DNA of 64,000 nucleotides from the human T2T-CHM13v2.0 reference genome, Homo sapiens (GCF_009914755.1 NC_060936.1), one strand, 5' to 3'. Positions 1-17,988 are shown, counted from the first letter of the stretch. The notes: a model not told the origin generated them from the letters alone. Numbers and translations are program-made.

Positions 1-2190
<2,190 letters not shown>

Positions 2191-4024
2191 TAATAATTTT
2201 AAAAGAACATGTATTATGCTATTGTTGAATGGAGTGTTCTATAAATGTCAATCATGTCAAGCTGATTGATAAGGTTGTTCAAGTGGTCTACATAGCTGCT
2301 GATTTTCTGTCAATTATTGATTGAGTTTGTTGAAATTTCTCATTATAATTGTGGATTTGACTATTCCTCTTTGTAGCTCTTCCAGTTTTTGATTTGTGTA
2401 TCTTACAGCTCTGTCATTATGTGCATATGTATTTCGAATTGTTATGTCTTCTTGATAGTTAACCTCTTTAATCACTGTAAAATGACCTTTTTTATCCTCA
2501 GTAATATGAATTGTTCCAAAATATACTTTTTCTGATATTTAAATAGCAACTCCAGATTTCTTTTGGTTGGTTTATCTTTCCTCATCCCTTCATTTTATAA
2601 ACTATTTGTGTTTTTATATGTTATATTTGTTTCTTACATGTAAGATGTAGCTGTGTCTTGCTTTTTAAAATCCAATTCAACAACTTCTGCCTTTAATTGG
2701 GGTGTTCAGACCATTTACATTGAATGGGATTGTTAGTTATGTTGAGTTTAAATCTACCTACCACTTTGTTATTTTTTTTTCTAAGTATCCTCTTTTTTGT
2801 TCCCTTAAACAAATTCTGCCTTCTTTTGAATTATTTTTATTATTCCATTTCATTTCCTTTATTGGCTTATTAACTACAATGCTTCTTTGTGTTATTTTAG
2901 TGATTGCTCTAGGGTGTATTGTGTGCATCTCTAATTTATCATTAACTCATTGCTGTCTACCTTCAAGCGATAATGTACTATGTATAGTGTAGGAATGCCC
3001 AACAGGGTACTTTCAGCTTCCCCCTCCTGACTTTGTTGTTGTCGTATACTTTATTGCTGTCATATAATTCACATGTGTCATATATACATGGGTCATAAAT
3101 CCCATACTACATTGTTTTACTTTTAAATGGTCAATAATTTTAAAAAGGGATTTGAATAAAAAAATTATTTTCTATTTATCCAGATATTTACCATTTCCAG
3201 TATCATTTATTTCTTTGTCTAGATGTAGATGTCCATCTGGTATCATCTTTCCTCTGCCTGAAGAAATTCTTTTTAACTCTTATTGTTGTGCAGGTCTGCT
3301 GCTGATGAATTCTTTCACTTGCTGTCTGTCTAAAAGGTCTTTATTTTGCTTTATTCTTGAAAGATATTGTTGCTAGGCCAAGATTTCCAGTATAAGTTTT
3401 TTCCTTTCTGTATTTTAAAGATGTTGTTCATCTCTTTTTTTGCTTGCATTGTTTTCAACAAGTGATCTGCTGTTATCCCTATTTTTGTTTTTCTGTACAA
3501 ATGTGTCTTTTTCATTGGCTTCTTGTAAAATTTTATCTTTATCTTGTTACATGTGGTTAAAAATATTTTTTTGAGTTTTTACTATTTTAGACAGTAAAGC
3601 TATCTAAATAGTTAAACTATTTTAGATAGTTTCTTTTTCTGTTTTTAAGTTCACTATCATTTTATCTGCATTGACTAAATATCAGTTTACCCAGGCCATT
3701 GCATTTTTTTTTTTTAAATCTCATACTTGGTAGTTTTGATTTTTATAAGTTTGATTTGGGTATTTTAATATAAATTATGTCTCTGTTTAATTTATCATCT
3801 TTCTTCTAGCTTCTTAAATATGTATCATAATCATTTTAATGATCTTATTTACTAATTATCTCATCCGTGTTGTTTCTTTTTTTTTATTAGTTCATTTATT
3901 TTTATCCTTTTTGTAGGTCATATTTCCTTATTTGCATGCTTAGTAATTTTTATTTGGGTGTTAGACATTGAGAATACCACTTTCTTGAGTTCTGTATACT
4001 TTTTGTATCCTATGGTATGTAAAA

Positions 4025-5392
4025 TTTTTGTTTCTTAATAATTTCAACTTTTGTTTTAGATTCAGGGGGTATATGTGCCAGTTTGTTATATGGGCATCTT
4101 AAGTAATGCTGAGGTTTGAAGTATGAATGATCCCATCACCTAGGTAGTGATCATTATAACTAATAGGTAGTTTTTCAGCCCTTGCCTCTTTCTCTCTCCC
4201 TTCTAGTAGTTCCCAATGTATACTGTTCCCATCTTTATGTTCGAGTACTGAATATTTAGCTTCCACTTGTAAGTAAGAACGTGCTATATTTTGTTTTCTG
4301 TTCCTGCATTAATTCACGTAGGATAATAGCCTCCAGCTGCATCTGTGTTGCAGAATAAGACATTTCATTCTTTTTGTGGCTGCATAATATTCCTTGGCAT
4401 AGATATGTATATGTACCACATTTTATCTAATCCACCATTGATGGGCACCTAGGTTGATTCCATATTTTTGCTATTATGAGTAGCACTACAGTGAACGTAT
4501 TAGTGCATGTGGGGTTTTTTCTGTAGACTGATTTACTTTCCTTTGAGTATATAGCCAGTAATGGGATTGCTGGGTTGAATGGTAGTTAAGTTTTTACTAT
4601 TCTGAGACATCTTCAAACTGCTTACCACAGGGGCTGAACTAACTTACATTCCCACCAGCAGTGAATAAGCATTTTCTTTTCTCCGCAGCCTTACTAGCAT
4701 CTATTGTTTTTTGTCTTTTTAACAATACTCATTCCGACTGGTGTGAGATGGTATCTCCTGGTGGTTTTGATTTGCATTTCTCTGATTAATGATGTTGAGC
4801 ATTCTTTCATATGTTTGTTGGATGCTTGTGTATCTTTTTTTTTTTTTTTGAGAAATATCTGTTCATGTCCTTTGCCCCCTTTTTAATAGGGTTGTTGCTT
4901 GTGTAGTGAGTCGTTTAAGTTCCTCATATATTCTGGATATTAGACTTTTGTTAGATGTGTAGTTTGTGAATGTTATTTTTTTCCTGTTCTATGGGTTGCC
5001 TATTTAGTCTGCTGATAGCTTCTTTTGCTGTGCAGAAGCTTAGTTTTACTAGGTCCCACATGTCAATTTTTGTTTTTGTTGCAATTTTTTTTGAGGACTT
5101 AAATTGCTTGCCAAGGCCAATATCCAGAATAGTATTTCCTAGGTTTTCTCATAGGATTTTTATGGTTTGAGGTCTTACATTTAGGTCTTTAATCCATTTT
5201 GAGTTAATTTTTGTTTATGGTGAAATGTACAGGTCCATTTCATTCTTCTGCATATGGCTAGCCAGTTATCACAGCACTGTTTATTGAATAGGGAGTCCTT
5301 TCCCCATTGCTTGTTTTTGTTGGCTGTATAGAAAATTAGATGATTTTAGGTGTGCAGCTTTATTTCTGGGCTCTCTATTCTGTTCCATTTGT
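4025..5392 (-). mobile_element. L1PA15/L1PA16-like 3' end, 5'-truncated, nested in the older L1M
   Basis: Begins with TTTCAACTTTTGTTTTAGATTCAGGGGGTATATGTGC, the antisense 3'UTR end typical of L1PA15/16, and continues into antisense ORF2 3' sequence. Confidence 0.88.
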
Positions 5393-5921
5393 CTCCCTAC
5401 AATACTTTTATGCCTTTACTGGGATGTAGTTAAGTTACTTGGAAACAATTTGATCCTCTTCGGTTTTGCTCTTGAACTTTTATTTAGGTGGCAAGGCTGC
5501 ATTTAATCTAGGGTTAATTTTGTCCCATAACTGAGGCAAATCTTTCTGAGGCCTCTATCTGTTGTTTCTGAATTAGAAGGTTTTCCACTCTGGCTAGTGA
5601 GAACAGGGACTATTTTCTGTTCTTAGTTAGGTCCTAGGATTGTTCCTTTTAATTCTTCCAGGTGGTTCATCTCACCAGACCTCACACTCATGTTCTGATC
5701 AGTACTTAGCTGTAGTCTTGAGAAGGATCTTCTGCAGATTTTCGAGGTCCTCTTATCGCGTAACTCTCTCTTCTCTAAGGCTCTGCCCAGGGGACTTTAG
5801 CTGTCTTGGCCTCTCTTGGCTTTCAGTAAGGTCTCCTCAGCTCAGGCTAATTACTAAGCTTTTTTTGTGTTCCCTTTCTCTGTGTTGTGGCCTAGAAACT
5901 CCCTTGAGAAAATACACTGAA

Positions 5922-6231
5922 GGCTGGGTGCGGTGGCTCACTCCTGTAATCCCAGCACTTTGGGAGGCCGAGGTGGGTGAATCACGAGGTCAGAAGTTTG
6001 AGACCAGCCTGACCAACATGGTGAAACCCCATCTCTACTAAAAATACAAAAAATTAGCTGGGCCTGGTGGCACGTTCCTGTAGTCCCAGCTACTCGAGAG
6101 ACTGAGACAGGATAATTGCTTGAACCCAGGAGGCAGAGGTTGCGGTGAGCTCAGATTGCACGACTGCATTCCAGTCTGGGCGATAGTGTGAGACTCAGTC
6201 TCAAAAAAAAAAAAAAAAAAAAGAAAAGAAA
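5922..6231 (+). mobile_element. AluS (AluSg-like)
   Basis: Full dimeric Alu with A tail and the ATCACGAGGTCAG variant; GAAAATACA repeated on both flanks. Confidence 0.95.
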
Positions 6232-6319
6232 ATACATGGAAACAATCGTAGAGCTCACTTTATTTCTTATCTTTCAGGGATCTCTGTCCTTCGTTAATTA
6301 ATATACAATGTTATGGAAA

Positions 6320-7098
6320 TGAGGACTAAACTCTGATTGTCTTCTCTTGTCCAAATTCCTACCTAAGGGGCCTGAGGAGTCATGCCCTACAAACCATAAA
6401 ATCTCATCAGAGGAGTTTCTATTTTAACCCTATATAGTGTGGTCTGCTTTCTAACCTGACTCTGGCATAACATCACATAATAAATAAGGGAAGAAATAAA
6501 AACATTTTAGCCCCAAATATATTTCCTTGCTGTATCTTGAAACTGCCCTGCAAGGTTGTCTCTTGTGGGAAAAATCTGCATTCTATAGAGAATCTCCTTT
6601 TCCCCCCCTTTTATTTCCCTTTCCCTTTTTTTTCCAGACCCAGGAGATAATCAACTAAGAGCTAGGCACCCTTTTCAGTCTGATAAGAAACATTTTACAA
6701 CCTACTCCTTCTGAAGTCCACTATCTGAGAGTTTCCTCTGCACAATAAAACTTGGTCTCTACAACCTTTTATTTTAACCTAAACATTTCCTTTCTATTGA
6801 TCCCAGGTCTTCAGGTAAACTCAACAAGTTGTCAACCGGAAAATTTTAAAATCTACCTATAACATGGAAGCCTCCGCTTTGAGTTGTCCCGTCTTTCTGA
6901 ACCAAACCAACGTACATCTTAAATGTATTGGTTGATGTCTCACGTCTCCCAAAACTGTATGAACCAGGCTGTGCCCTTACCACCTCAGGCACACGTTCTC
7001 AGGAACTCCTGAGGGCTGTGTCATGAGCCACGGTCTCTCATATTTAGCTCAGAATAAATCTCTTCAAATATTTTACAGTTTGACTCTTTTTGTTGACA
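6320..7098 (+). mobile_element. MER4E-like ERV1 solo LTR
   Basis: TGAGGACTAA...TTTTTGTTGACA termini (TG...CA); 4-bp TSD GAAA at 6316-6319 and 7099-7102; AATAAA near 7053. Confidence 0.88.
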
Positions 7099-7652
7099 GA
7101 AACCATTGCTTTATATATTTTGTCTGCTTTTTAGTTGTTTGCAGCAGGAGGGTAAATCTGGTTCTTGTTCTTCTGTCTTGGAAAGAAGTAGAAGGCTCCC
7201 TCTGTCATGTTTTTGAAAAGAAAAGGAAAAAAGCACCTTATTCCTTTTAATATGGAAGAGAAAACCATTTTCCTCTCCTTTCAATTACATTAAATGTACT
7301 CTGGGCTATAAGGGAAGTAGCATGATCATTCTGTGATGGATGTAAATATGCTGCTTTTAGCGATATTTTCTTTCATTCTCTTGCCTTATATAATGTTGAG
7401 ATAAAAGATAATGTAGGGGTTGATGGTTCAGTTTGAGGGACTAGATGTTATCCAGGAAGCTGTTTAGATGTTTTTAGGATAAGAATTAGACAGTCCCCAA
7501 ATGCTTTTCCCCTTTGAGGAACATTCTTTGATTATATACTTGTGTGAATGGAGTTTTCTCTTTCTGAGATTTCAAGGATGAATGTTTGTTTATTTTAAAT
7601 CACTATTTTAATCCAGATTAGTCATTTCAGTAGTCTGGTGGCAGTTTTAGTG

Positions 7653-7881
7653 CAGTCATGTGCTACATAATGACGTTTCAGTCAACGACAGACAATATGT
7701 ACTATAGTAATCACAGTAATGGGCTATACCAGAAAGCCTAGGTGTGCAGTAGGCTATACCACTAAAATTGTCACCATACTAGTGAAATGACTAGGTTTGG
7801 GTAAGTACACTCTATAATGTTTGCACAGTGACACAACACATTTCTCAGAAGATATCACTGTTGTTAAGCAGCACAAGACAG
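7653..7881. mobile_element. Tigger3/MER7-type non-autonomous DNA transposon
   Basis: CAGTCATGTGCTACATAATGACGTTTC start; ...TTTCTCAGAAG...GTTAAGCAGCACAAGACAG-TA end; internal CCTAGGTGTG..GTAGGCTATACC. Confidence 0.8.
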
Positions 7882-8027
7882 TAGTTACTTTCGAAAGTGG
7901 TTTGGAAGCAGCATAGGAGATTTTTGTCTACTTATTTTTGTGGGTTATTTTAAAATATATATTTTTTCTAAAGCAAAGCATGTTCTCACTTGTTGAATGG
8001 ACAATATCCAACAAACCGTTAGGATTT

Positions 8028-10345
8028 TGATATGATTTGGCTGTGTCCCTACCCAAATCTCATCTTGAATGGTAGCTCCAGTAATTCCCACGTGTCGTGG
8101 GAGGGACATGGTGGGAGGTAATTGAATCATGGAGGTGGGTCTTCCCCCATACTGTTCTCATGGTAGTGAATAAGTCTCACAAGAGCTGATGGTTTTATAA
8201 ATGGGGGTTCCCCTGCACAAGCTCTCTCTTTCCTGCTGCCATGTAAGATGTGGCTTACTTCCCCTTCACCTTCCGCCATGATTGTGTGGCCTCTCCAGCC
8301 ATGTGGACCTGTGAGTCCATTAAACCTCTTTCCTTTATTAATTACCCAGTCTCAGGTATGTCTTTATTAGCAGTGTGAGAATGGACTAATACAGTAAATT
8401 CGTACCAGGTAGTGGGGCACTGCTCTAAAGATATGTGAAAATGTGGAAGTGACTTTGGAACTGGGTAACAGGCAGAGGTTGGAAGAGTTCAGAGGGATCA
8501 GAAGAAGATAGGAAAATGTGGGGAAGTTTGGAACTTCATAGAGACTTGGAGGGCTCAGAAGACAGGAAGATGTGGGAAAGTTTGAAACTTCCTAGAGACT
8601 TGTTGAATGGCTTTGACCAAAATGCTGACAGTGATATGGACAATAAAATTCAGGCTGAGGTGGTCTCAGATGGAGATGAGGAACTTGTTGGGAATTGGAG
8701 TAAAGGCCACTTGCTATGCAAAGAGACTGGCAGAATTTTGCCCCTGCCCTAGAGATCTGTGGAACCTTGAACTTGAGAGAGATGATTTGGGGTATCTGGT
8801 GGAAGAAATTTCTAAGCAGCAAAACATTCAAGAGGTGACAGAGCATAAAACTTTGGAAAATTTGCAGCCTGACAATGCAGTAGAAAAGAAAAACCCATTT
8901 TCTGGAGAGAAATTTAAGCTGCCTGCAGAAATTTGTGTAAGTAATGAGGAGCCAAATGTAAATAGCCAAGACAATGGGGAAAATGTCGCTAGGGCATGTC
9001 AGAGACCTTCATGGCAGTCCCTCCCATCACAGGCCTATAGGCCTAAGAGGGAAAAATGGTTATTTGGGCTGGGCCTAGGACCCCCCTGCTTTATGCAGCC
9101 TCCAAACATGGTGCCCTGCATCCCAGCTATTTCAGCTCTAGCCATGGCTAAAATGGGCAAAGTACAGCTCAGGCTGTTGCTTCAGAGGGTGCAAGCCACA
9201 AACCTTGGTGGCTTACATGTGGCATTGGGTCTGTGGGTGCACAGAATTCAAGAACTGAGGTTTGGGAACCTCTGCCTAGATTTCAGAGGATGTATAAAAA
9301 TGCCTGGATGTCCAAGCAGAAGTTTGCTGCAGGGCAGGGCCCTCATGGAGAACTTTTGCTAGGGCATGTGGAAGGGCAATGTGGGGTTAGAGCCCCCACA
9401 CGAAGTCCCCACTAGGGCACTGCCTAGCAGAGCTATGAGAAGAGGGCCACCATCCTCCAGGCCCCAGAATGGTAAATCCACCAACAGCTTGCACCATGTG
9501 CCTGGAAAAGCCACAGACACTCAACACCAGCCTGTGAAAGCAGCCAGGAGGGGAGCTGCACTCTGCAAAGCCACAGGGGAGAAGCTGGCCAAGGCCATGG
9601 GAGCCCACCTCTTGCATCAGTATGACCTGGTTGTGAGACATGAAGTCAAAGGAGATCATTTAGAACTTTAAGGTTTAATGACTGCCCTATTGGATTTGGA
9701 CTTGCCTGGGGACTGTAGCCCATTTGTTTTGGACAATTTGTCCCATTTGCAATGGGGGTATTTACCCAATGCATATACCTCCATTGTATCTAGAGAGTAA
9801 CTAACTCGTTTTTGATTTTACAGACTCATAGGCAGAAGGGAATTGCCTTGTCTCAGATGAGACTTTGGACCATGGACTTTTGAGTTAATGCTGAAATGAA
9901 TTAAGTCTTTGGGAGACTGTTGGGAAGACATGATTGGTTTTGAAATGTGAGGACATGAGATTTGCGAGGGGCCAGGCATGGAATGATATGGTCTGACTGT
10001 GTCCCCATCCAAATCTCATCTTGAATTGTAGCTCTTATCATTCCCACGTGTTGTGGGAAGGCCCAGGTGAGAGGTAACTGAATTATGGGGGTGAGTCTTC
10101 CCCCATACTGTTCTCATGGTAGTGAGTAAGTCTCACGAGATCTGATAGTTTCATAAGGGGGAGTTCCCCTGCATAAGCTCTCTCTTGCCTGCTGCCATGT
10201 AAGACATGCCTTGCTTCCCCTTTGCCTTCCACCATGATTGTGAGGCCTCCTCAGCCATGTGGAACTGTGAGTCAATTAAACCTCTTTTCTTTATAAAGTA
10301 CTCAGTCTCGGGTATGTCTTAGCAGCATGAGAACAGACTAATACA
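8028..10345 (+). mobile_element. Complete THE1B-type MaLR provirus (5' LTR 8028-8393, internal 8394-9983, 3' LTR 9984-10345)
   Basis: Two homologous ~365-bp LTRs (TGATATG...ACTAATACA) around a ~1.6-kb THE1 internal sequence; perfect 5-bp TSD GATTT at 8023-8027 and 10346-10350. Confidence 0.96.
8119..8316 (+). promoter_or_regulatory. THE1 5' LTR promoter elements: DUX4-type homeodomain site, TATA box, ATG, splice donor
   Basis: TAATTGAATCA 8119-8129; TATAAA 8196-8201; CCGCCATG with ATG at 8278; CT|GTGAGT 8311-8316. Activity is not shown by the sequence. Confidence 0.5.
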
Positions 10346-10400
10346 GATTTGAATTCTCAATCAATAATGGAGAGGAAAAACCTATTATTATTATTGTTAG

Positions 10401-10800
10401 TGACACAGGATTTTCAGGTCCTTGTCTCACAACTGGGAAAAATTCAGCATGCAGATACATTGAAAGGTGAGGAGGATGGAATTTATGTAGTGAAAGGAAA
10501 GCTCTCAACAGAAAGAGGTATACTGCATGCAGGTTTCCACCTCACAAATTGAAAACCACACATGAGCAGAAGAGGCCAGACTCCTTCCCTGCATAAGGTG
10601 TGAGTTCTTAGTGGCTCCACCCTGTTCCCCCAATGCATGTGGGTCTCCAGTCCATTGTGGGCATGCCTGGGCAAGACCCCGTGAAGGTTCCCTTATCTGT
10701 ACAAAGACATCTGGTGTATATACTTGTGGGGCAGGTCAGAGATTCCCTGGGGGGCCTTTCCCTATTTGCCCAGGCATTTGGCTGTCTCTTGCCTCTATCA
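10401..10800 (-). mobile_element. ERV1 solo LTR, MER61-like
   Basis: Minus-strand start TGATAGAGGCAAGAGACAGCCAAATGCCTGGGCA; TG...CA ends; flanks TTAG/CTAG (4-bp TSD, 1 mismatch). Confidence 0.75.
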
Positions 10801-10826
10801 CTAGTATCATACTGATATCATCCTAG

Positions 10827-11166
<340 letters not shown>

Positions 11167-11894
11167 TGTTTTTTAATTTTTTTTAAATGCACTATTTCTT
11201 CTAATTTCTACAACTATGCTGGCAGTATGTATTGTTATTCACATTGATGAACCAAAAGACTGAGAATAAGTAATTAGATGATTTGCCCAAGGTTATGTTG
11301 GGAATCAAAGGAAGTTTCCCAGTTATTTTGATTTGAAATTTATTGCCCCCTTTTCAGCCTAACTGTGCCTCATGACTTTAATTTGAAACTGGAAGTCATC
11401 CTTAGAATCAAGGTAGATATGTCAAATAAGCCATATTTGGGGGCCAATCTTTTTCAAGGGACTCATTTAAACAGACCTAGTATCTTATTAATTGAAATTT
11501 AAATGAGTATCACTTTGAAAAGACCGCAGAATTGCTTAAGATGGATAGATTAAAGTGGATACCTATCTCTGTTCTCCCAATACACTCTGATGTACAGAAC
11601 TGTTAAAGTAATCACCTTCTGGAAATAAATTAAATACCTGAATACCAAGTGTTAGTTCATTAAAATTCTTCTGGTTTATTAATCATTGGACTTCATGGTA
11701 TTTAATGAATATTATATTACTAACAGGTATGGGAAAAGGTGTCAGAACTGTGTTATATTCACCTTGGAAATAATAAATTCAGCCAATCAGTGGGAGGATC
11801 AGGCAAGTTTTCTTCAAATTTTTTTCAAAAGCATAATTTATGAATTACTGGCTTAAAACCTCTCTTCCATTTGGAGCTAAAGAGACACACGTTT

Positions 11895-12290
11895 CTTTAC
11901 TTGTTGAGCATCTACAGTTTTAGGTGCTAGTAACATGGCAGCAAGCAAAACAATGTTCCTGTCCATATTGACTTTACATCCTAGTTGGAAATATAGTCAA
12001 TGAAAACAATAAGCAAATAGATATCTAATTTTATGGCTGGTAGGAATAAGTGCTATGAAGAAAAATAAAGCAGAGTAAAGGGATGCAAAATGATGGGTGG
12101 GGGACATTCTTTTTGAATAAAGTGAGGGAATCAGGCATGTGAGAATCTGAGAATAGAGCATCCCAGGCAGGGTAAGCTGAAAGCTTAAAGGCTCTGGTGT
12201 GAGAGTTTGAGGTGGATGTTTGTTTTGTGAAGTGAACAGCCAGGACTAGTGTGATTAAGCGAAGTAAGTGATGCAAAATATTATGAGATA
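11895..12290 (-). mobile_element. L2 3' fragment
   Basis: TTGTTGAGCATCTAC...TAAGTGCTATGAAGAAAAATAAAGCAG, typical antisense L2a 3' end. Confidence 0.7.
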
Positions 12291-12326
12291 AGGATTGGGT
12301 TTTTATACAATACGTATTTTAAATAT

Positions 12327-12992
<666 letters not shown>

Positions 12993-13656
12993 AATATATT
13001 TACAAAAATTTATGAGTTTTATCTTAAATCCATTTAAAATCTCTCTTATGCCAAAAAATAGGCTCTTTCTGGTTTGATACTATTTTACTTACCTCTGTGA
13101 GTGGCACAAAGTAAGTTTTCAATAAATGTGAGTTGAATTAATTACTGAACTCAGCAAGATATTGAGACATTCTTATCCAGTTTTCCATCCATCTGTTACT
13201 GGTAGTAGTTCTGAACATTCTAAGGCTATAGATGAAAAATAATGGTTTTTGAATTTTAGGAAAATGATGTTGGATGCTTTTTAATCTACTGGGGATCCAT
13301 GTTATTTCTTAACAAAATTAATTAAATAATTTAGTAGTGACAATGATCATTTGTTGAGCAACTACAATGTACTGTCTTTTTGCTACTGGGGATACAAATG
13401 GGGTTCACATATGTTTTCTCCTCTTCATTGCCTACCTTGGCAATGAAATTCCAAGGAGTCCATTGCCTAGCTTTGAAAAAGATAGGTGCAAAAAATTACT
13501 ATGAAACAGAAGAAAAAGTTATGGCATTGAGATATGTAAAAAGTTATATGGGCCCAATGACAAAAGAGTGACTAATTCTACCTAAGAGTGAGAGGTATTG
13601 GAATGCTTTTAGAGGGGCAGACCTTGGAAGGATGAGTAAGAGTTTATCAGGAGAAG

Positions 13657-14024
<368 letters not shown>

Positions 14025-14148
14025 TTATGTGGAGAAGCACAAAAGTAGAAAATGCTCAGCCTGTTTAAAGAACAAGGAATTATTTGGTGTAATGAAAACA
14101 TAGGGTAGGTGGAGGATATAGGGAAATGAATTTGGAAAGTCAGATTAA

Positions 14149-14521
<373 letters not shown>

Positions 14522-14601
14522 TCATTTTTTAAATAAAAAATAAGAAGAACATTACACTTTACTAAACTTTTTGTGATGCGCTTGTTTTCTTTTCTTCCAA
14601 G

Positions 14602-14757
14602 GTTTCTATAATTGGTCTGTGTCTTATGATTATTGTTGTCCAGGCAGTGTTTCTGACAAAGTTGTTGCTACCTGCACATGCATATAGAAACTTGCAGAAT
14701 GATGGTATGCAGCTTGGAAGAGTACTCAGAAGCACTCTCTCAAAATATGCTGTATGA
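14602..14757 (+). other. Candidate exon in unique sequence; phase-0 frame encodes a 51-aa peptide with a hydrophobic N-terminal segment
   Basis: Branch-like ACTAAAC at 14561, AG-free pyrimidine tract, CCAAG| acceptor at 14601; frame VSIIGLCLMIIVVQAVFLTKLLLPAHAYRNLQNDGMQLGRVLRSTLSKYAV*. No known gene recognised. Confidence 0.3.
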
Positions 14758-15704
14758 CCAACACTCATGATGGAATGGAGTAGGATATTGTATAGAAAAA
14801 CATGAACACTGATGACACTAGGTCTAAAAGTTATGCAAAGGGTCAGAAGCTGAATGTTTCTGGATTGCTTATTTATTTTCTTTGTATTTTCCTTCTTATA
14901 TATGTATAACAGATCTGTCAATCAATGTAAGACAGAAATTCTAAGTGCTAAGAATCCATCGTTCTATAATCAAATTGGCATTATTCTTCATTTCTTAGTC
15001 ATGCATACATATACTGTTGTAAATGGCTTCTTTAATTAGGCGAAATACAGTAGATGATTGGACAGTGGTGCCTTGACCCAGTCTGCGTGTCAGACAGCTA
15101 TGTGTTACATGTAGTACCTGAGATAACTCGAAGAAAGAAAGGAAATTCCAAACATAAACGGTTGATTGGTGTGGGCTTGTTTGTTTTCTGTAAGCATATT
15201 GTGAAGCATCACAGCTTATACGTGCCTGGTTATATTGATCACTCCTCACAAAATGGACAAGTGCTTTCAAAAGATTTGTACAAAGAAACCATAGATTGAA
15301 GGTGATGTAAATAATACAAATACAAATGAGCAACTAGACAATGGTACAGTTTAAAACTTCCACTCATAGTTCAAATTCTTCTTCAGGTAAGAAAAATGGT
15401 GTAATCAGAGTTGACAAAAGTTAGCCTAATACATTTGAAAGTATGTAGAAGTCTATTTAAAATATTAATTTACATCCACTATCATTAACAATCAACTATT
15501 TCTTAAGTGTGTTTAATGAGATGTTAGCTATTGATTGAGATACGTTAATGCAACTTTTAAATAAGTAAATATTATCAAAGATCCTGCTTTAACAATCAGC
15601 TGATAGGTGTATGCACTCAACCTTATAAACAAAGATAGGATAGGCAATTTACAAAACAAGAAACAAATTGGTTATAAACATAAAAATGTACTAATTAAAA
15701 ACAA

Positions 15705-15856
15705 TTTTTTTGAGGTGAGGTCTCATTCTGTCACCCAGGCTGGAGTGCAGTGGTGTGATCATAGCTCGCAACCTGGAACTCCTAGGCTCAAGTAATCCTC
15801 CCAATTCAGCCTCCTGAGTAGCTGTGACTACAGGAATGCACCATCATGCCGAGCTT
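15705..15856 (-). mobile_element. Alu right monomer (FRAM/AluJ fragment)
   Basis: Antisense right-arm sequence only. Confidence 0.85.
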
Positions 15857-16059
15857 GCCATAGTTTATTAGGAGAGTTTATATATTTGTCTCTCCAACTA
15901 AACTGTGCTTATTTGGAGGAGGGTGATTCATTTTTGTAACCTTTAGCTGCCACAGTGCCTGTTCTTCAGTAGGGTTCAGTAAATGTCACATAAATAACGT
16001 TCTGGAATAGATAACTTACAGTTTTTAATATCAGTGGATTGTTCATTTTCATTTAACCT

Positions 16060-16819
<760 letters not shown>

Positions 16820-16837
16820 AGCCCCTTGCTAGTCATA

Positions 16838-17080
16838 TAGCTCCCACTTACTAAGTACTTGTTATCTGCCTGGTCTTGTGATTAGCACTTTGTATTCATT
16901 GTCTTAATTCTCAAAAGGACCCTTAAAAGTAGAGATTATAATCCCTGTTCCGCAGTGGAGGTAAGTGAAGTTTAGAGCCAGTCAGTAGATTTTCTAAGGT
17001 TTCAGTTAGGTATCAGAATCAAGATTCAAATCCACGCTGGTCTAATTCCAACTCTTGGTCTTAACTTTTATGCTACTGTG
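16838..17080 (-). mobile_element. MIR
   Basis: Degraded antisense MIR core (GGAGGTAAGTGAAGTTTAGAG...AAGATTCAAATCCA). Confidence 0.65.
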
Positions 17081-17483
17081 CCATGGGGAGTTTAGTGTTA
17101 TAAATTCTTTTATCTAAATCCAAATCCTTTCCTTTCGTGTGTTTGTTTTTATAGTTTATAGAACAGAAAAGACCGATTCACAACTGAACCAAGTCTCTAG
17201 CCCCTTCCTTTGGGCAGAGTACTCCTCATGTTGAAGTGGTGTTATTCCAATCAGTCTCTGTCCTTAACAGTGGAAATATTCCTAGATATCTCCCTGAATT
17301 ATTTAGATTTTTAGGTATTTAGGCCATGTCCAGTTCAAATTAATCAAGAAGGTGATATACCTAATATACCCAAGTCCACTCTTAATAATCAAGATAAATG
17401 TATATACTGCCTTAATGTCAAATAATGTCTTTAAAAATACATTGTTCTTCCCAGATATACTCATGCTTTAACGGGTCTAATGT

Positions 17484-17485
<2 letters not shown>

Positions 17486-17529
<44 letters not shown>
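17486..17529. repeat. (AC)22 microsatellite
   Basis: Uninterrupted AC run. Confidence 0.98.
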
Positions 17530-17532
<3 letters not shown>

Positions 17533-17674
17533 TAAAAATTACCTTTAAACCAGAGTGGCAAATTATCTTTCTGTACTGACTTATACTAGAAAAGATAGCC
17601 CTGCATTGGTAGATAGCCTGGGTTGATGAAAAGATGACATTGGGTTGACAAAAGATAATCCAGAATATTTCTAA

Positions 17675-17988
<314 letters not shown>

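Larger units (their letters stand above)
2200..7200 (-). mobile_element. Old mammalian L1 (L1MC/MD/ME-type) 5' part (5' region, ORF1, start of ORF2 endonuclease), split by younger insertions
   Basis: 2200-2700 resembles the antisense L1M endonuclease region (TGTTGAATGGAGTGTTCTATAAATGTCAAT...). 3230-3560 resembles the ORF1 end/inter-ORF region. 5395-5920, 6235-6319 and 7100-7200 resemble an L1M 5' end. Confidence 0.75.

Noticed and set aside
8607-9362. 251-aa ORF
   Set aside because: It lies wholly in the THE1 internal region and appears to wander between consensus frames; a typical MaLR internal ORF remnant with no sign of domestication.
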